Notes under the pieces: model-generated | Databases searched by the model: none | Told to the model about the DNA's origin: nothing | The model's input: the letters and a program-made list of their open reading frames with translations, nothing else | Translations under genes and position numbers: made by a program | Assembly (NCBI GenBank): GCA_907165135.1 | Contig: OU015567.1 | Location: forward strand, 5,704,001-5,768,000 | DNA from: Oikopleura dioica | Lineage: Eukaryota; Animalia; Chordata | Direction: 5' to 3' | DNA: 64,000 nt | Shown here: positions 13,701-26,589 of the stretch, piece by piece | How the letters are laid out: each line of letters begins with the position of its first letter | Position numbering within the stretch: position 1 is the first letter of the stretch

Positions 13701-16700
13701 CGACAACACAGGGAGAACACTCTCACCTTAACAAGAACCCTTATTAAACCTAGCGACAACACAGGGAGAACACTCTCACCTTAACAAGAACCCTTATTAA
13801 ACCTAGCGACAACACAGGGAGAACACTCTCACCTTAACAAGAACCCTTATTAAACCTAGCGACAACACAGGAGAACACTCTCACCTTAACAAGAACCCTT
13901 ATTAAACCTAGCGACAACACAGGGAGAACACTCTCACCTTAACAAGAACCCTTATTAAACCTAGCGACAACACAGGGAGAACACTCTCACCTTAACAAGA
14001 ACCCTTATTAAACCTAGCGACAACACAGGGAGAACACTCTCACCTTAACAAGAACCCTTATTAAACCTAGCGACAACACAGGGAGAACACTCTCACCTTA
14101 ACAAGAACCCTTATTAAACCTAGCGACAACACAGGGAGAACACTCTCACCTTAACAAGAACCCTTATTAAACCTAGCGACAACACAGGGAGAACACTCTC
14201 ACCTTAACAAGAACCCTTATTAAACCTAGCGACAACACAGGGAGAACACTCTCACCTTAACAAGAACCCTTATTAAACCTAGCGACAACACAGGGAGAAC
14301 ACTCTCACCTTAACAAGAACCCTTATTAAACCTAGCGACAACACAGGGAGAACACTCTCACCTTAACAAGAACCCTTATTAAACCTAGCGACAACACAGG
14401 AGAACACTCTCACCTTAACAAGAACCCTTATTAAACCTAGCGACAACACAGGAGAACACTCTCACCTTAACAAGAACCCTTATTAAACCTAGCGACAACA
14501 CAGGGAGAACACTCTCACCTTAACAAGAACCCTTATTAAACCTAGCGACAACACAGGAGAACACTCTCACCTTAACAAGAACCCTTATTAAACCTAGCGA
14601 CAACACAGGAGAACACTCTCACCTTAACAAGAACCCTTATTAAACCTAGCGACAACACAGGGAGAACACTCTCACCTTAACAAGAACCCTTATTAAACCT
14701 AGCGACAACACAGGGAGAACACTCTCACCTTAACAAGAACCCTTATTAAACCTAGCGACAACACAGGGAGAACACTCTCACCTTAACAAGAACCCTTATT
14801 AAACCTAGCGACAACACAGGGAGAACACTCTCACCTTAACAAGAACCCTTATTAAACCTAGCGACAACACAGGAGAACACTCTCACCTTAACAAGAACCC
14901 TTATTAAACCTAGCGACAACACAGGGAGAACACTCTCACCTTAACAAGAACCCTTATTAAACCTAGCGACAACACAGGGAGAACACTCTCACCTTAACAA
15001 GAACCCTTATTAAACCTAGCGACAACACAGGGAGAACACTCTCACCTTAACAAGAACCCTTATTAAACCTAGCGACAACACAGGGAGAACACTCTCACCT
15101 TAACAAGAACCCTTATTAAACCTAGCGACAACACAGGGAGAACACTCTCACCTTAACAAGAACCCTTATTAAACCTAGCGACAACACAGGGAGAACACTC
15201 TCACCTTAACAAGAACCCTTATTAAACCTAGCGACAACACAGGAGAACACTCTCACCTTAACAAGAACCCTTATTAAACCTAGCGACAACACAGGGAGAA
15301 CACTCTCACCTTAACAAGAACCCTTATTAAACCTAGCGACAACACAGGGAGAACACTCTCACCTTAACAAGAACCCTTATTAAACCTAGCGACAACACAG
15401 GGAGAACACTCTCACCTTAACAAGAACCCTTATTAAACCTAGCGACAACACAGGAGAACACTCTCACCTTAACAAGAACCCTTATTAAACCTAGCGACAA
15501 CACAGGGAGAACACTCTCACCTTAACAAGAACCCTTATTAAACCTAGCGACAACACAGGAGAACACTCTCACCTTAACAAGAACCCTTATTAAACCTAGC
15601 GACAACACAGGGAGAACACTCTCACCTTAACAAGAACCCTTATTAAACCTAGCGACAACACAGGGAGAACACTCTCACCTTAACAAGAACCCTTATTAAA
15701 CCTAGCGACAACACAGGGAGAACACTCTCACCTTAACAAGAACCCTTATTAAACCTAGCGACAACACAGGGAGAACACTCTCACCTTAACAAGAACCCTT
15801 ATTAAACCTAGCGACAACACAGGGAGAACACTCTCACCTTAACAAGAACCCTTATTAAACCTAGCGACAACACAGGGAGAACACTCTCACCTTAACAAGA
15901 ACCCTTATTAAACCTAGCGACAACACAGGGAGAACACTCTCACCTTAACAAGAACCCTTATTAAACCTAGCGACAACACAGGAGAACACTCTCACCTTAA
16001 CAAGAACCCTTATTAAACCTAGCGACAACACAGGGAGAACACTCTCACCTTAACAAGAACCCTTATTAAACCTAGCGACAACACAGGGAGAACACTCTCA
16101 CCTTAACAAGAACCCTTATTAAACCTAGCGACAACACAGGGAGAACACTCTCACCTTAACAAGAACCCTTATTAAACCTAGCGACAACACAGGGAGAACA
16201 CTCTCACCTTAACAAGAACCCTTATTAAACCTAGCGACAACACAGGGAGAACACTCTCACCTTAACAAGAACCCTTATTAAACCTAGCGACAACACAGGG
16301 AGAACACTCTCACCTTAACAAGAACCCTTATTAAACCTAGCGACAACACAGGGAGAACACTCTCACCTTAACAAGAACCCTTATTAAACCTAGCGACAAC
16401 ACAGGAGAACACTCTCACCTTAACAAGAACCCTTATTAAACCTAGCGACAACACAGGGAGAACACTCTCACCTTAACAAGAACCCTTATTAAACCTAGCG
16501 ACAACACAGGGAGAACACTCTCACCTTAACAAGAACCCTTATTAAACCTAGCGACAACACAGGGAGAACACTCTCACCTTAACAAGAACCCTTATTAAAC
16601 CTAGCGACAACACAGGGAGAACACTCTCACCTTAACAAGAACCCTTATTAAACCTAGCGACAACACAGGAGAACACTCTCACCTTAACAAGAACCCTTAT

Positions 16701-19700
16701 TAAACCTAGCGACAACACAGGGAGAACACTCTCACCTTAACAAGAACCCTTATTAAACCTAGCGACAACACAGGGAGAACACTCTCACCTTAACAAGAAC
16801 CCTTATTAAACCTAGCGACAACACAGGGAGAACACTCTCACCTTAACAAGAACCCTTATTAAACCTAGCGACAACACAGGGAGAACACTCTCACCTTAAC
16901 AAGAACCCTTATTAAACCTAGCGACAACACAGGGAGAACACTCTCACCTTAACAAGAACCCTTATTAAACCTAGCGACAACACAGGGAGAACACTCTCAC
17001 CTTAACAAGAACCCTTATTAAACCTAGCGACAACACAGGGAGAACACTCTCACCTTAACAAGAACCCTTATTAAACCTAGCGACAACACAGGGAGAACAC
17101 TCTCACCTTAACAAGAACCCTTATTAAACCTAGCGACAACACAGGAGAACACTCTCACCTTAACAAGAACCCTTATTAAACCTAGCGACAACACAGGAGA
17201 ACACTCTCACCTTAACAAGAACCCTTATTAAACCTAGCGACAACACAGGGAGAACACTCTCACCTTAACAAGAACCCTTATTAAACCTAGCGACAACACA
17301 GGGAGAACACTCTCACCTTAACAAGAACCCTTATTAAACCTAGCGACAACACAGGGAGAACACTCTCACCTTAACAAGAACCCTTATTAAACCTAGCGAC
17401 AACACAGGGAGAACACTCTCACCTTAACAAGAACCCTTATTAAACCTAGCGACAACACAGGAGAACACTCTCACCTTAACAAGAACCCTTATTAAACCTA
17501 GCGACAACACAGGGAGAACACTCTCACCTTAACAAGAACCCTTATTAAACCTAGCGACAACACAGGAGAACACTCTCACCTTAACAAGAACCCTTATTAA
17601 ACCTAGCGACAACACAGGGAGAACACTCTCACCTTAACAAGAACCCTTATTAAACCTAGCGACAACACAGGGAGAACACTCTCACCTTAACAAGAACCCT
17701 TATTAAACCTAGCGACAACACAGGGAGAACACTCTCACCTTAACAAGAACCCTTATTAAACCTAGCGACAACACAGGAGAACACTCTCACCTTAACAAGA
17801 ACCCTTATTAAACCTAGCGACAACACAGGAGAACACTCTCACCTTAACAAGAACCCTTATTAAACCTAGCGACAACACAGGGAGAACACTCTCACCTTAA
17901 CAAGAACCCTTATTAAACCTAGCGACAACACAGGGAGAACACTCTCACCTTAACAAGAACCCTTATTAAACCTAGCGACAACACAGGGAGAACACTCTCA
18001 CCTTAACAAGAACCCTTATTAAACCTAGCGACAACACAGGGAGAACACTCTCACCTTAACAAGAACCCTTATTAAACCTAGCGACAACACAGGAGAACAC
18101 TCTCACCTTAACAAGAACCCTTATTAAACCTAGCGACAACACAGGAGAACACTCTCACCTTAACAAGAACCCTTATTAAACCTAGCGACAACACAGGGAG
18201 AACACTCTCACCTTAACAAGAACCCTTATTAAACCTAGCGACAACACAGGAGAACACTCTCACCTTAACAAGAACCCTTATTAAACCTAGCGACAACACA
18301 GGAGAACACTCTCACCTTAACAAGAACCCTTATTAAACCTAGCGACAACACAGGGAGAACACTCTCACCTTAACAAGAACCCTTATTAAACCTAGCGACA
18401 ACACAGGGAGAACACTCTCACCTTAACAAGAACCCTTATTAAACCTAGCGACAACACAGGGAGAACACTCTCACCTTAACAAGAACCCTTATTAAACCTA
18501 GCGACAACACAGGAGAACACTCTCACCTTAACAAGAACCCTTATTAAACCTAGCGACAACACAGGAGAACACTCTCACCTTAACAAGAACCCTTATTAAA
18601 CCTAGCGACAACACAGGAGAACACTCTCACCTTAACAAGAACCCTTATTAAACCTAGCGACAACACAGGAGAACACTCTCACCTTAACAAGAACCCTTAT
18701 TAAACCTAGCGACAACACAGGGAGAACACTCTCACCTTAACAAGAACCCTTATTAAACCTAGCGACAACACAGGGAGAACACTCTCACCTTAACAAGAAC
18801 CCTTATTAAACCTAGCGACAACACAGGAGAACACTCTCACCTTAACAAGAACCCTTATTAAACCTAGCGACAACACAGGGAGAACACTCTCACCTTAACA
18901 AGAACCCTTATTAAACCTAGCGACAACACAGGGAGAACACTCTCACCTTAACAAGAACCCTTATTAAACCTAGCGACAACACAGGAGAACACTCTCACCT
19001 TAACAAGAACCCTTATTAAACCTAGCGACAACACAGGGAGAACACTCTCACCTTAACAAGAACCCTTATTAAACCTAGCGACAACACAGGGAGAACACTC
19101 TCACCTTAACAAGAACCCTTATTAAACCTAGCGACAACACAGGGAGAACACTCTCACCTTAACAAGAACCCTTATTAAACCTAGCGACAACACAGGAGAA
19201 CACTCTCACCTTAACAAGAACCCTTATTAAACCTAGCGACAACACAGGAGAACACTCTCACCTTAACAAGAACCCTTATTAAACCTAGCGACAACACAGG
19301 GAGAACACTCTCACCTTAACAAGAACCCTTATTAAACCTAGCGACAACACAGGGAGAACACTCTCACCTTAACAAGAACCCTTATTAAACCTAGCGACAA
19401 CACAGGGAGAACACTCTCACCTTAACAAGAACCCTTATTAAACCTAGCGACAACACAGGGAGAACACTCTCACCTTAACAAGAACCCTTATTAAACCTAG
19501 CGACAACACAGGGAGAACACTCTCACCTTAACAAGAACCCTTATTAAACCTAGCGACAACACAGGGAGAACACTCTCACCTTAACAAGAACCCTTATTAA
19601 ACCTAGCGACAACACAGGGAGAACACTCTCACCTTAACAAGAACCCTTATTAAACCTAGCGACAACACAGGAGAACACTCTCACCTTAACAAGAACCCTT

Positions 19701-20022
19701 ATTAAACCTAGCGACAACACAGGGAGAACACTCTCACCTTAACAAGAACCCTTATTAAACCTAGCGACAACACAGGGAGAACACTCTCACCTTAACAAGA
19801 ACCCTTATTAAACCTAGCGACAACACAGGAGAACACTCTCACCTTAACAAGAACCCTTATTAAACCTAGCGACAACACAGGGAGAACACTCTCACCTTAA
19901 CAAGAACCCTTATTAAACCTAGCGACAACACAGGGAGAACACTCTCACCTTAACAAGAACCCTTATTAAACCTAGCGACAACACAGGGAGAACACTCTCA
20001 CCTTAACATATTAAACCTAGCG
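4747..20022. repeat. Subtelomeric tandem satellite, 53-bp unit (52-bp GG variant), ~290 copies
   Basis: Unit ACACTCTCACCTTAACAAGAACCCTTATTAAACCTAGCGACAACACAGG(G)AGA repeated head-to-tail; last unit has an 8-bp deletion. Confidence 0.99.
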
Positions 20023-20259
20023 TCCAAGGGAGCCTGTCCGATCGCAGACAGACAGAGTCTCCCGTCAAATAATGAGACATTATGACTTTGCCTGTCCCCA
20101 TCCCCGCCCACACCCGTTTTCAGAAAAACTCCCGTAGACCAAGCCGGAAACACTGTTATGGTGTTTACAATTTAGTCATTCTGGAAATCTTACTTTTGAA
20201 AGCCCCGATTTTTTCAGCATTTTATTTCAGCGATGTGTTTCTTCATCTTTTTTCGTCTC

Positions 20260-22410
20260 TCATTTGTCAACTTCCAAGGAACAAGTGTTTTCTTCCTTTA
20301 TTTCTTTGACTACCGATTCCGGCTGCTTCGAATTTGTAGGGTTCATTCGAACGTCGATCGCCTTCAACACGTCCGGATGATCGTGCTGCGCGTTCGTCAA
20401 GCGTTCTTCATGATAGCTGTCTCGACGTGTTCCGCGAGGAAGAACTTCTGCTGGTTTTCCAAGCTCTTGCTGCAGACTCTCGAGCAAGTGCAGAACGAAG
20501 TCGCCCTAACCTAGGAGCATGTAGTTTCGAGTCGCTTGGAAGTGAAGCGGTAAGTTGTAGACTTCGTTCAAAACCGACAAAAGACGAATAGATGTGGACT
20601 CGTATGTATCTAAATTCAATAGTCCATTTGATGTCTGGTAAAGGCTTAAGATGGTAGAATTCCAAACCCTAACCCTCTCGTAATCAATTGATTGTCCCAA
20701 TCATCCCAAAGCCTTCCTGCTTCTCGTGCTGCGCGATAAAGGCACTGATTTCGCGAACGTAAAAGCCAAACGCGCCCAGCGACTCCGCATCTGATCGATC
20801 GCGACTGTCAACTCTGTATTTCTCCTTGAGTCGGTATCTGTAAAGTGAATTGACGTTGTCGTCGTAGCAAATGAAAGTGCCGGGGATGTCTTCCATCGCG
20901 AAAAGAGTGTCTCGAATGAGATCCGCTTGAGAGACGTTCAAGTAGTCGCCAGCAGTGTTTGAAAACCCGCAATATTTTCCGCGGGCGCGGGGGCCGATTC
21001 CAAAATTTTGCGCGGTTGCGGGCGGGCGCGGGGGCCGATTCAAGAATTTTGCGCGGGTGCGGGCGGGCGCGGGCGGAGGCCCCGCAAAAAATCGCGCCCG
21101 CGGGCGCCCGGGGGCAGGGGGCGCCCGTGACCCTCGCGCCCGCAGGCCCCGCGGGTTCGAGGGCTATGAATCTGCGAATTATAGAAGAATAACTCTCAAA
21201 AAAACCATAATTAAGCTAAAAACTAAGATAATTTGACTTTTTAAATCAATGGGTGTGGGTGGGGTTGGGGACAAAACTGAGATTGATCAACTAAATGTTC
21301 CAAGCCTATGTCAAGCCCCTTAAATCAAAAAATCAAGGAACGGGGCTGAGACGGCCCAAAAATTAACAAACAAGGGGTCTATCGAATCGATAGTATCGAT
21401 AGCTTAGAATGCAATGAGAAAGGTAGATTTCTCTGTTATGAAGAAGTTCTATTGACAATAATGTTCGTCTGGATTCATAATTCAAATCGGCTGATTTTCC
21501 AGTCAAAGATTGCCAAAACGGCCTTTATTTAAAAAAACTGGCCCTTTATTCTTAAATCAAGGAACGGGGCCCATTCATTTTACGCAAAGTTTTTTAGATG
21601 AAAACCCAACATTCTTAACTAGCTTAATTCAATTTATGGTGAGCCCCGGGCGCCCGCGGGCGCGAAAAATTTCCGCGGGCGCGGGAGGGCGCGGGGGCCA
21701 GATCAAAAATTTTCTACGGGCGCGGGCGGGCGCGGGGCCAAATCCGAGATTTCTTGCGGGTACGGGGGCGCGGGCGCCCGTGGCCCCCGCCCGCGGCCCC
21801 CGCGGGGTTCGCGGGCGGGTTTTTCAAACACTGGTCGCCAGAGCCTGTTGCTTTTGCAGGTGTTCTGAAAATTAGTTGGGAGCATTCTTTGTGCAGAGAC
21901 AACATAGATAGAGTATTTCTTTTTGAAGTATTTCTTTTGAAGTTGACAATGAAGCCTGCGTTTTTCTCTCGGCGTCGATTGATAGATCGGCCGCGATCTA
22001 CTCGACGAGATAGAAGTAACCGTGACACTGTTTTGCGAGAGGTTCTCTTTGTTCCGCTCGTTTCGGCTGAACGCTGACTTGTCCATCGACATGACAGAAC
22101 GGAAGGCCGAGTCTTCGTCTTCCTTTGCGCTGGCCATGTCTTTCAGGAACTCAAGGACGGCCGCGTGCCGAGTCAGTTTCGGCTGCACACGACTCCACAT
22201 ATTTTCGAAGACGGCGTAGTTTCTTTGCGGAATGCGCCTCGCTAGATCTTCCTTCAGAAGAGTTGTCGAGCATTGTTCCGATGCGACGAACACTAAAATT
22301 GAGGAATTGTTTGAATTCCTGCTTGTAAGATTTGTACCTGATTTTGTCGTTTCAATCGCCTTGCTCCTGTCGGGGTTTTTGATGTGCAGGCAATGTAGAA
22401 GCTCCTTGCA
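20260..22410 (-). pseudogene. TUBGCP3: Gamma-tubulin complex component 3 pseudogene, internally deleted and interrupted by a hAT MITE
   Basis: KEDLARR...AVFENMW (N-term), SQADLIRDTLFAMEDIPG, FGMIGQS and LLSVLNEVYNLPLHFQATRNYMLLG*GDFVLHLLESLQQEL match recalled GCP3 motifs; in-frame TAG, frameshifts, large internal deletion. Confidence 0.8.
20953..21833. mobile_element. Non-autonomous hAT-type MITE, 881 bp
   Basis: TIRs CAGTGTTTGAAAA(A)CCCGC; perfect 8-bp TSD GTCGCCAG (20945-20952, 21834-21841); GC-rich GCGGGC subterminal repeats; no transposase ORF. Confidence 0.93.
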
Positions 22411-22454
22411 GCTAAAACAAGGCCTTCTAAAAATGAATCGCGCTTTCGAATTCA

Positions 22455-22659
22455 CCTACGCCAAGATTCTATAAGCTTGTGATCGAAGCAGTGAGCTGTT
22501 TGAGGCCGTTGTGCGCGAGAATGAGCTCGGAGAGGTGCTGCAGTTGGCTGAAGTCGGAAGAAATCTGCGTCAGTTGGTTGATGCTCTTGTCGCTGAGAGA
22601 AAGACTGTTGTGTCTGCTTTTCTTGTTTTCTTCAACAAGTTTGCGACCTTGCTCGACAT
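22455..22659 (-). pseudogene. RSU1: RSU1-like LRR protein, 5' fragment
   Basis: MSSKVANLLKKTRK...LSELILAHNGLKQLTASITSL*NL resembles the RSU1 N-terminus; in-frame TAG, then truncated. Confidence 0.6.
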
Positions 22660-22801
22660 TCTGAAATTAAGACGAATGACAACAGCTTCAAAGCTTGTAA
22701 AAATCAACCATCAACGCATTCAAATCATCTAGTAATTTTACAAGCTTGGGCCTTGAGTACTTGGATAGTTATCTTTTTGAAGAATGAAGTTAGGCCAGAG
22801 C

Positions 22802-23440
22802 TTAGAGCATGCCCTGATGAGTGTCGACCGCGTGCTAGACTGAGTAGTACCACTGCATCAGCTCGGGACTCTGTTCGTACTGCTCCCAAGCGCTCGTTCC
22901 TTTCGTCAAGTTGATAACTGCAAAAGCTTCGATATCCGCCGATATATGGAGGGCCGCTCTCCGCCGAGGAAACGCTCTTCGCCCTTTCGCTCCAGAAATT
23001 TAGCAATTTGGCTTTGGCAGTATTGCTCGCGCGTTTGCTCTGGAAACTCTTTCCAAACGTGGAAGATACAAAACCAAGCGATAAACATCAGTCCAAGGCC
23101 ACCAGCAACAGCGCATACTTTGCCAGTCACCGTGTCTCTAAACAAACAGTCAGAATCATCATGCATCCGCCACTGTAGCAACCTGTAATTGTCGGATTTT
23201 TCCAAAAACTTGAGCTGATTTTGAATGGCTCTCGAATCAGCGGGGTACAAATTTGGCGCCACCGTGTGAAGAATTCCGTCTTGAACGAATTTCCTGTCTG
23301 GATCTGTCCATCTTTCGTCTAGATCGGTGTGCGCCTTGCAGCCGAAATACCCAAATAAACGCACTTTCTTGTTCGAGTTCCAATATTCAATCGTTCCAAA
23401 GGAATCTTCGATTATGTAGCTTCTATCTTTGGCCAACACA
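22802..23440 (-). pseudogene. PTGES2: Prostaglandin E synthase 2-like (GST fold) 3' fragment
   Basis: RKFVQDGILHTVAPNLY, FLGGERPS, then ADIEAFAVINL...LMQWYYSV in a shifted frame (AT duplication); premature TAG. Confidence 0.65.
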
Positions 23441-23903
23441 TTTCTCGATTCCTTCTCGTTCCAGAAGAGCTTTCAATCGCTTTAAAATCACCTCGAATCC
23501 AATCGTTCCCAGGCAACTTCCCAGGCGACATCCTAAAAAAGCTTTTTAGGACTTGTTAAAACTCAACTGTAGTTACATTAAATGTGGCTTGGCATTTGTC
23601 GTTCGTCTTTAATCCTGGGGCAACTTGTTCGAACACGGAGACTGCTTTTTTACTCGTTGGCATAATCAGTTCGTCGGGTTCGCCTGAATTAAACGTTTCT
23701 CAACTCGAAATCAAGGAAGACACTCACCTTCGAAGCCTGGCACTTTGACAAGATCGCCCGGAACTGCTCCAGCTGGCGGGGCCAAGATCTCGACTTTCTC
23801 TGGTGTAGAAGCGCACATGATCATTGCTTCGGTAACGATTCCTCTCATTTTCGCCGGCTTGAAGTTGCACAGAAGGACGACCATTCTGTTCTTCATCTAT
23901 TGC

Positions 23904-25526
23904 GGGGTAAAAGCATAATGCTCCGAACTCCATCCGCCAGAGGGCGCTCGGAAAAAGAGGTGGAAGAGCGGAAATGACCTTGAAGAGCGCTCTTTGCAGG
24001 GAGCCGGAGGAGAGTACGCTGAGGAGCGCCGAGGGAGAACCTCCGGAGAGTACACACCGGGTGAGCAAGTACGGAAGGGAGCGCGAAGCCACCTCAACCC
24101 AGCGTGAAGTGTGTCAATCTCTGTTCAAACACCGCTATCATTTCTGATCACGTAGTACCCCCTGAATGAGCTTAATTTCGCTTAACTGATTTTTCACGCT
24201 CTTTTTTTTAATTATTTATATACTTAAACATCTTTTTAGAGTGAAATTTTGCGCTGAATCTAAATAAAGGGTCAAAAACACTAAATTTTGATGATAAATT
24301 TAAAAAACATAACTCTCAGGCTCAGGGTGGCACAACTTGTCGAATTTAAGTTTGATAATTAACGTTTAATTATTAAACTTTGATTTGAAATTTATTGAAT
24401 AGGAGCATGAGATTTTGGGTCTTATTTTTAAGGGGTTCACCAATCTAGGAACACTTATCATCGATCACAAAATGAGGGAAATAGAATTATGTTCGGTTAA
24501 ATCCATTTTCTGCTCAAAAAGAGCTTTCTTCTGATATATATATGCCCAAAGAAACAACGCCATCACTCTGGAAGGGTTCCTCTCGTGGCCATTTCGAGAA
24601 ATGTACCTCTCGTGGTCATGCACCTCTCGTGGCCATATACCTCTCGTGGTCGTCACGTACACTTTCGTCAGAATCTTATCAAATGACCACCAGAGGAACA
24701 TGGCCACCAGAGGTACATGACCACGAGAGGTATTTTCACAAAAGCTCATTATCGGGTTCTCTCTTCCTATTTAATCAATTCTCTGGCGAATTTCAGACAA
24801 ATCTTCTTCTGCAATAAATTTAATTTAATAATATCCAGAGCTTTTGCTGCACTTCTATACTTCTCCCAACAAAAATATCAATGACTTGCTCGAACATTCC
24901 CTCCTTTGATGCTTTAAAATCGTTTGATAAAGCCTAAAAATTTTATAAAATGTTGAATAAATGGATATTCTTTCCATTTGATTTTTGTCAATAAAATAGA
25001 GTTATAAAATATAACAGAGTTGTTAACAGAGTTCCATGCTATGGTGAAAATTGATTGAATAAATTTGCCAGACAATTGATTAAATAGGAAGAGAGAACCC
25101 GATAATGAGCTTTTGTGAAAATACCTCTCGTGGTCATGTACCTCTGGTGGCCATGTTCCTCTGGTGGTCATTTGATAAGATTCTGACGAAAGTGTACGTG
25201 ACGACCACGAGAGGTATATGGCCACGAGAGGTGCATGACCACGAGAGGTACATTTCTCGAAATGGCCACGAGAGGAACCCTTCCCATCACTCTTACTCGC
25301 CTCTAGAATTGATAATAAAGTTGATACTGGCATGGGTAGAACAAAAATATCCCCTCCGCCCCTGCTGTGCTCACTCACTCCCAGGTGTTACGTTCGAGTA
25401 GCGTATTGAGGGCTTATCGCCAACTCATCAGTTCTCCCTGGGCTCGCAAAGTTCGGAGGACTCAGAGTCCTCCGCGCATCTTGCGCCCTCATGCGAGAAG
25501 AGTTCGGAGCATTGTGCTCGACATCC
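23904..25526. mobile_element. Non-autonomous TIR element with GG termini and 8-bp TSD (superfamily uncertain, Merlin-like)
   Basis: TSD TCTATTGC at 23896-23903 and 25527-25534; imperfect 27-bp TIRs GG......AGCA(T/C)AATGCTCCGAACTC. Confidence 0.75.
24570..25284. mobile_element. Mutator/foldback-like MITE, 715 bp, nested in the element above
   Basis: ~220-bp near-perfect TIRs starting GGAAGGGTTCC and built of CCTCT(C/G)GTGG(T/C)CA modules; 9-bp TSD CATCACTCT (24561-24569, 25285-25293). Confidence 0.9.
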
Positions 25527-26589
25527 TCTATTGCAAGGGAACATGCTTGACAAGTCCGGAAATGACGGTTCGTGGTTTATCCTCTCCGCATTCAATTAGT
25601 TCGAGGTATAAAGCGTCCGCATCTGAAAAAAAGAGAGTCATTTGAGCGATTTATTGTCCTGGAGGAGTTGTTCTTGGATATTTGAGAAGGCTAAATTTTG
25701 AAAAGAATTAACGCCTTTAGAGATAAGTTTAACTTCCTTTCTTAATACAAAGATAAAAAGTTCTGAACTCGAATCTCCCGAAAACAAAATAATACAATTT
25801 TCCAAATACCTGGGTGTTTTCTTGCAGTCGATGATCTTTCCCACCTTCATCAACAACCTCGAAACATCGACTGGCTTCTCTGGTTCGGCCGCTTTCGCTG
25901 GCTGAGGCTTCTTTTCCTTCTTTTCTTTCTTGGGCTTGTCCTTTTTCTGGTTTTCGTTCTTTGGCTTCTCCTGCTGTTCGGCCTTCTTTGGCTCCTCTTT
26001 CTTTGAGGCTTCATTTTTAGCTGCTCCTTTCTTTTGTGGCTTTGGAAGAGCGACTTGAGTCTTTCCGTTTCGAAGCTCAAGAGTTGTCAATTCCGTTTTC
26101 AACGCTTCGACTTGTTTTCTGAAACGGCGTTGAGCGATAAAGGATCTCCTGCTTCAAGATCGTCTCCTGAATGTTAGCAGGAAGCGTGCCCATCGCCTTG
26201 ATCGCGGCGATCTTTTCCGTCAGTGTTTGAATGATCTTGTCGGCTTCGACGGATCGCGCCTCAAGCTCGGCCGCGCTGAGAGCCATGGTTCGAGAGAGAC
26301 TTCTAAAAAGGCACACTCTGGTCAGCATTTACTCGGTTTTTTCTGAAGTCGGAAATTTTTTCTTTTGATTTTAGAATTTTATTTTTAGGAAAGCAGTTTT
26401 TAAGCATTTGAAATTGTTTGGCAGTATCGAATATTCAGAAATATACGGAAGCGGAAAGGCGGAAATAGAATGGCTGAAATATGTACAAGAGAAGAAAGGG
26501 AGGGTGTTAGGAAAATATTGGAAAATTGCGTTTGTAAGGACTTGAAACTTTAAAGAAACTCCTGGCTCAGAGAAGATTGAAGGAATGGC

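Larger units (their letters stand above)
23490..26286 (-). pseudogene. AIMP1: AIMP1/p43 (EMAP II-domain) pseudogene carrying nested transposons
   Basis: [40 protein letters not shown]...[38 protein letters not shown]...LKTNDKC; frameshift near 26100, in-frame TAG, 1.6-kb insertion. Confidence 0.9.

Noticed and set aside
4747-20022. CRISPR-like regular array
   Set aside because: Units are contiguous and identical with no unique spacers; eukaryotic context, no cas genes
20500-20680. Internal telomere-like motifs (GCCCTAACCTAG, AAACCCTAACCCT) as healing scars
   Set aside because: Both lie within the TUBGCP3-like reading (LLG*GDF; ERVRVW) and are only about two repeats long, so chance is sufficient
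20955-22077. Arg/Gly/Ala/Pro-rich ORFs
   Set aside because: Products of the GC-rich subterminal repeats of the hAT MITE
24465-25401. Pairs of near-identical ORFs on opposite strands
   Set aside because: Mirror translations of the MITE's long inverted repeats
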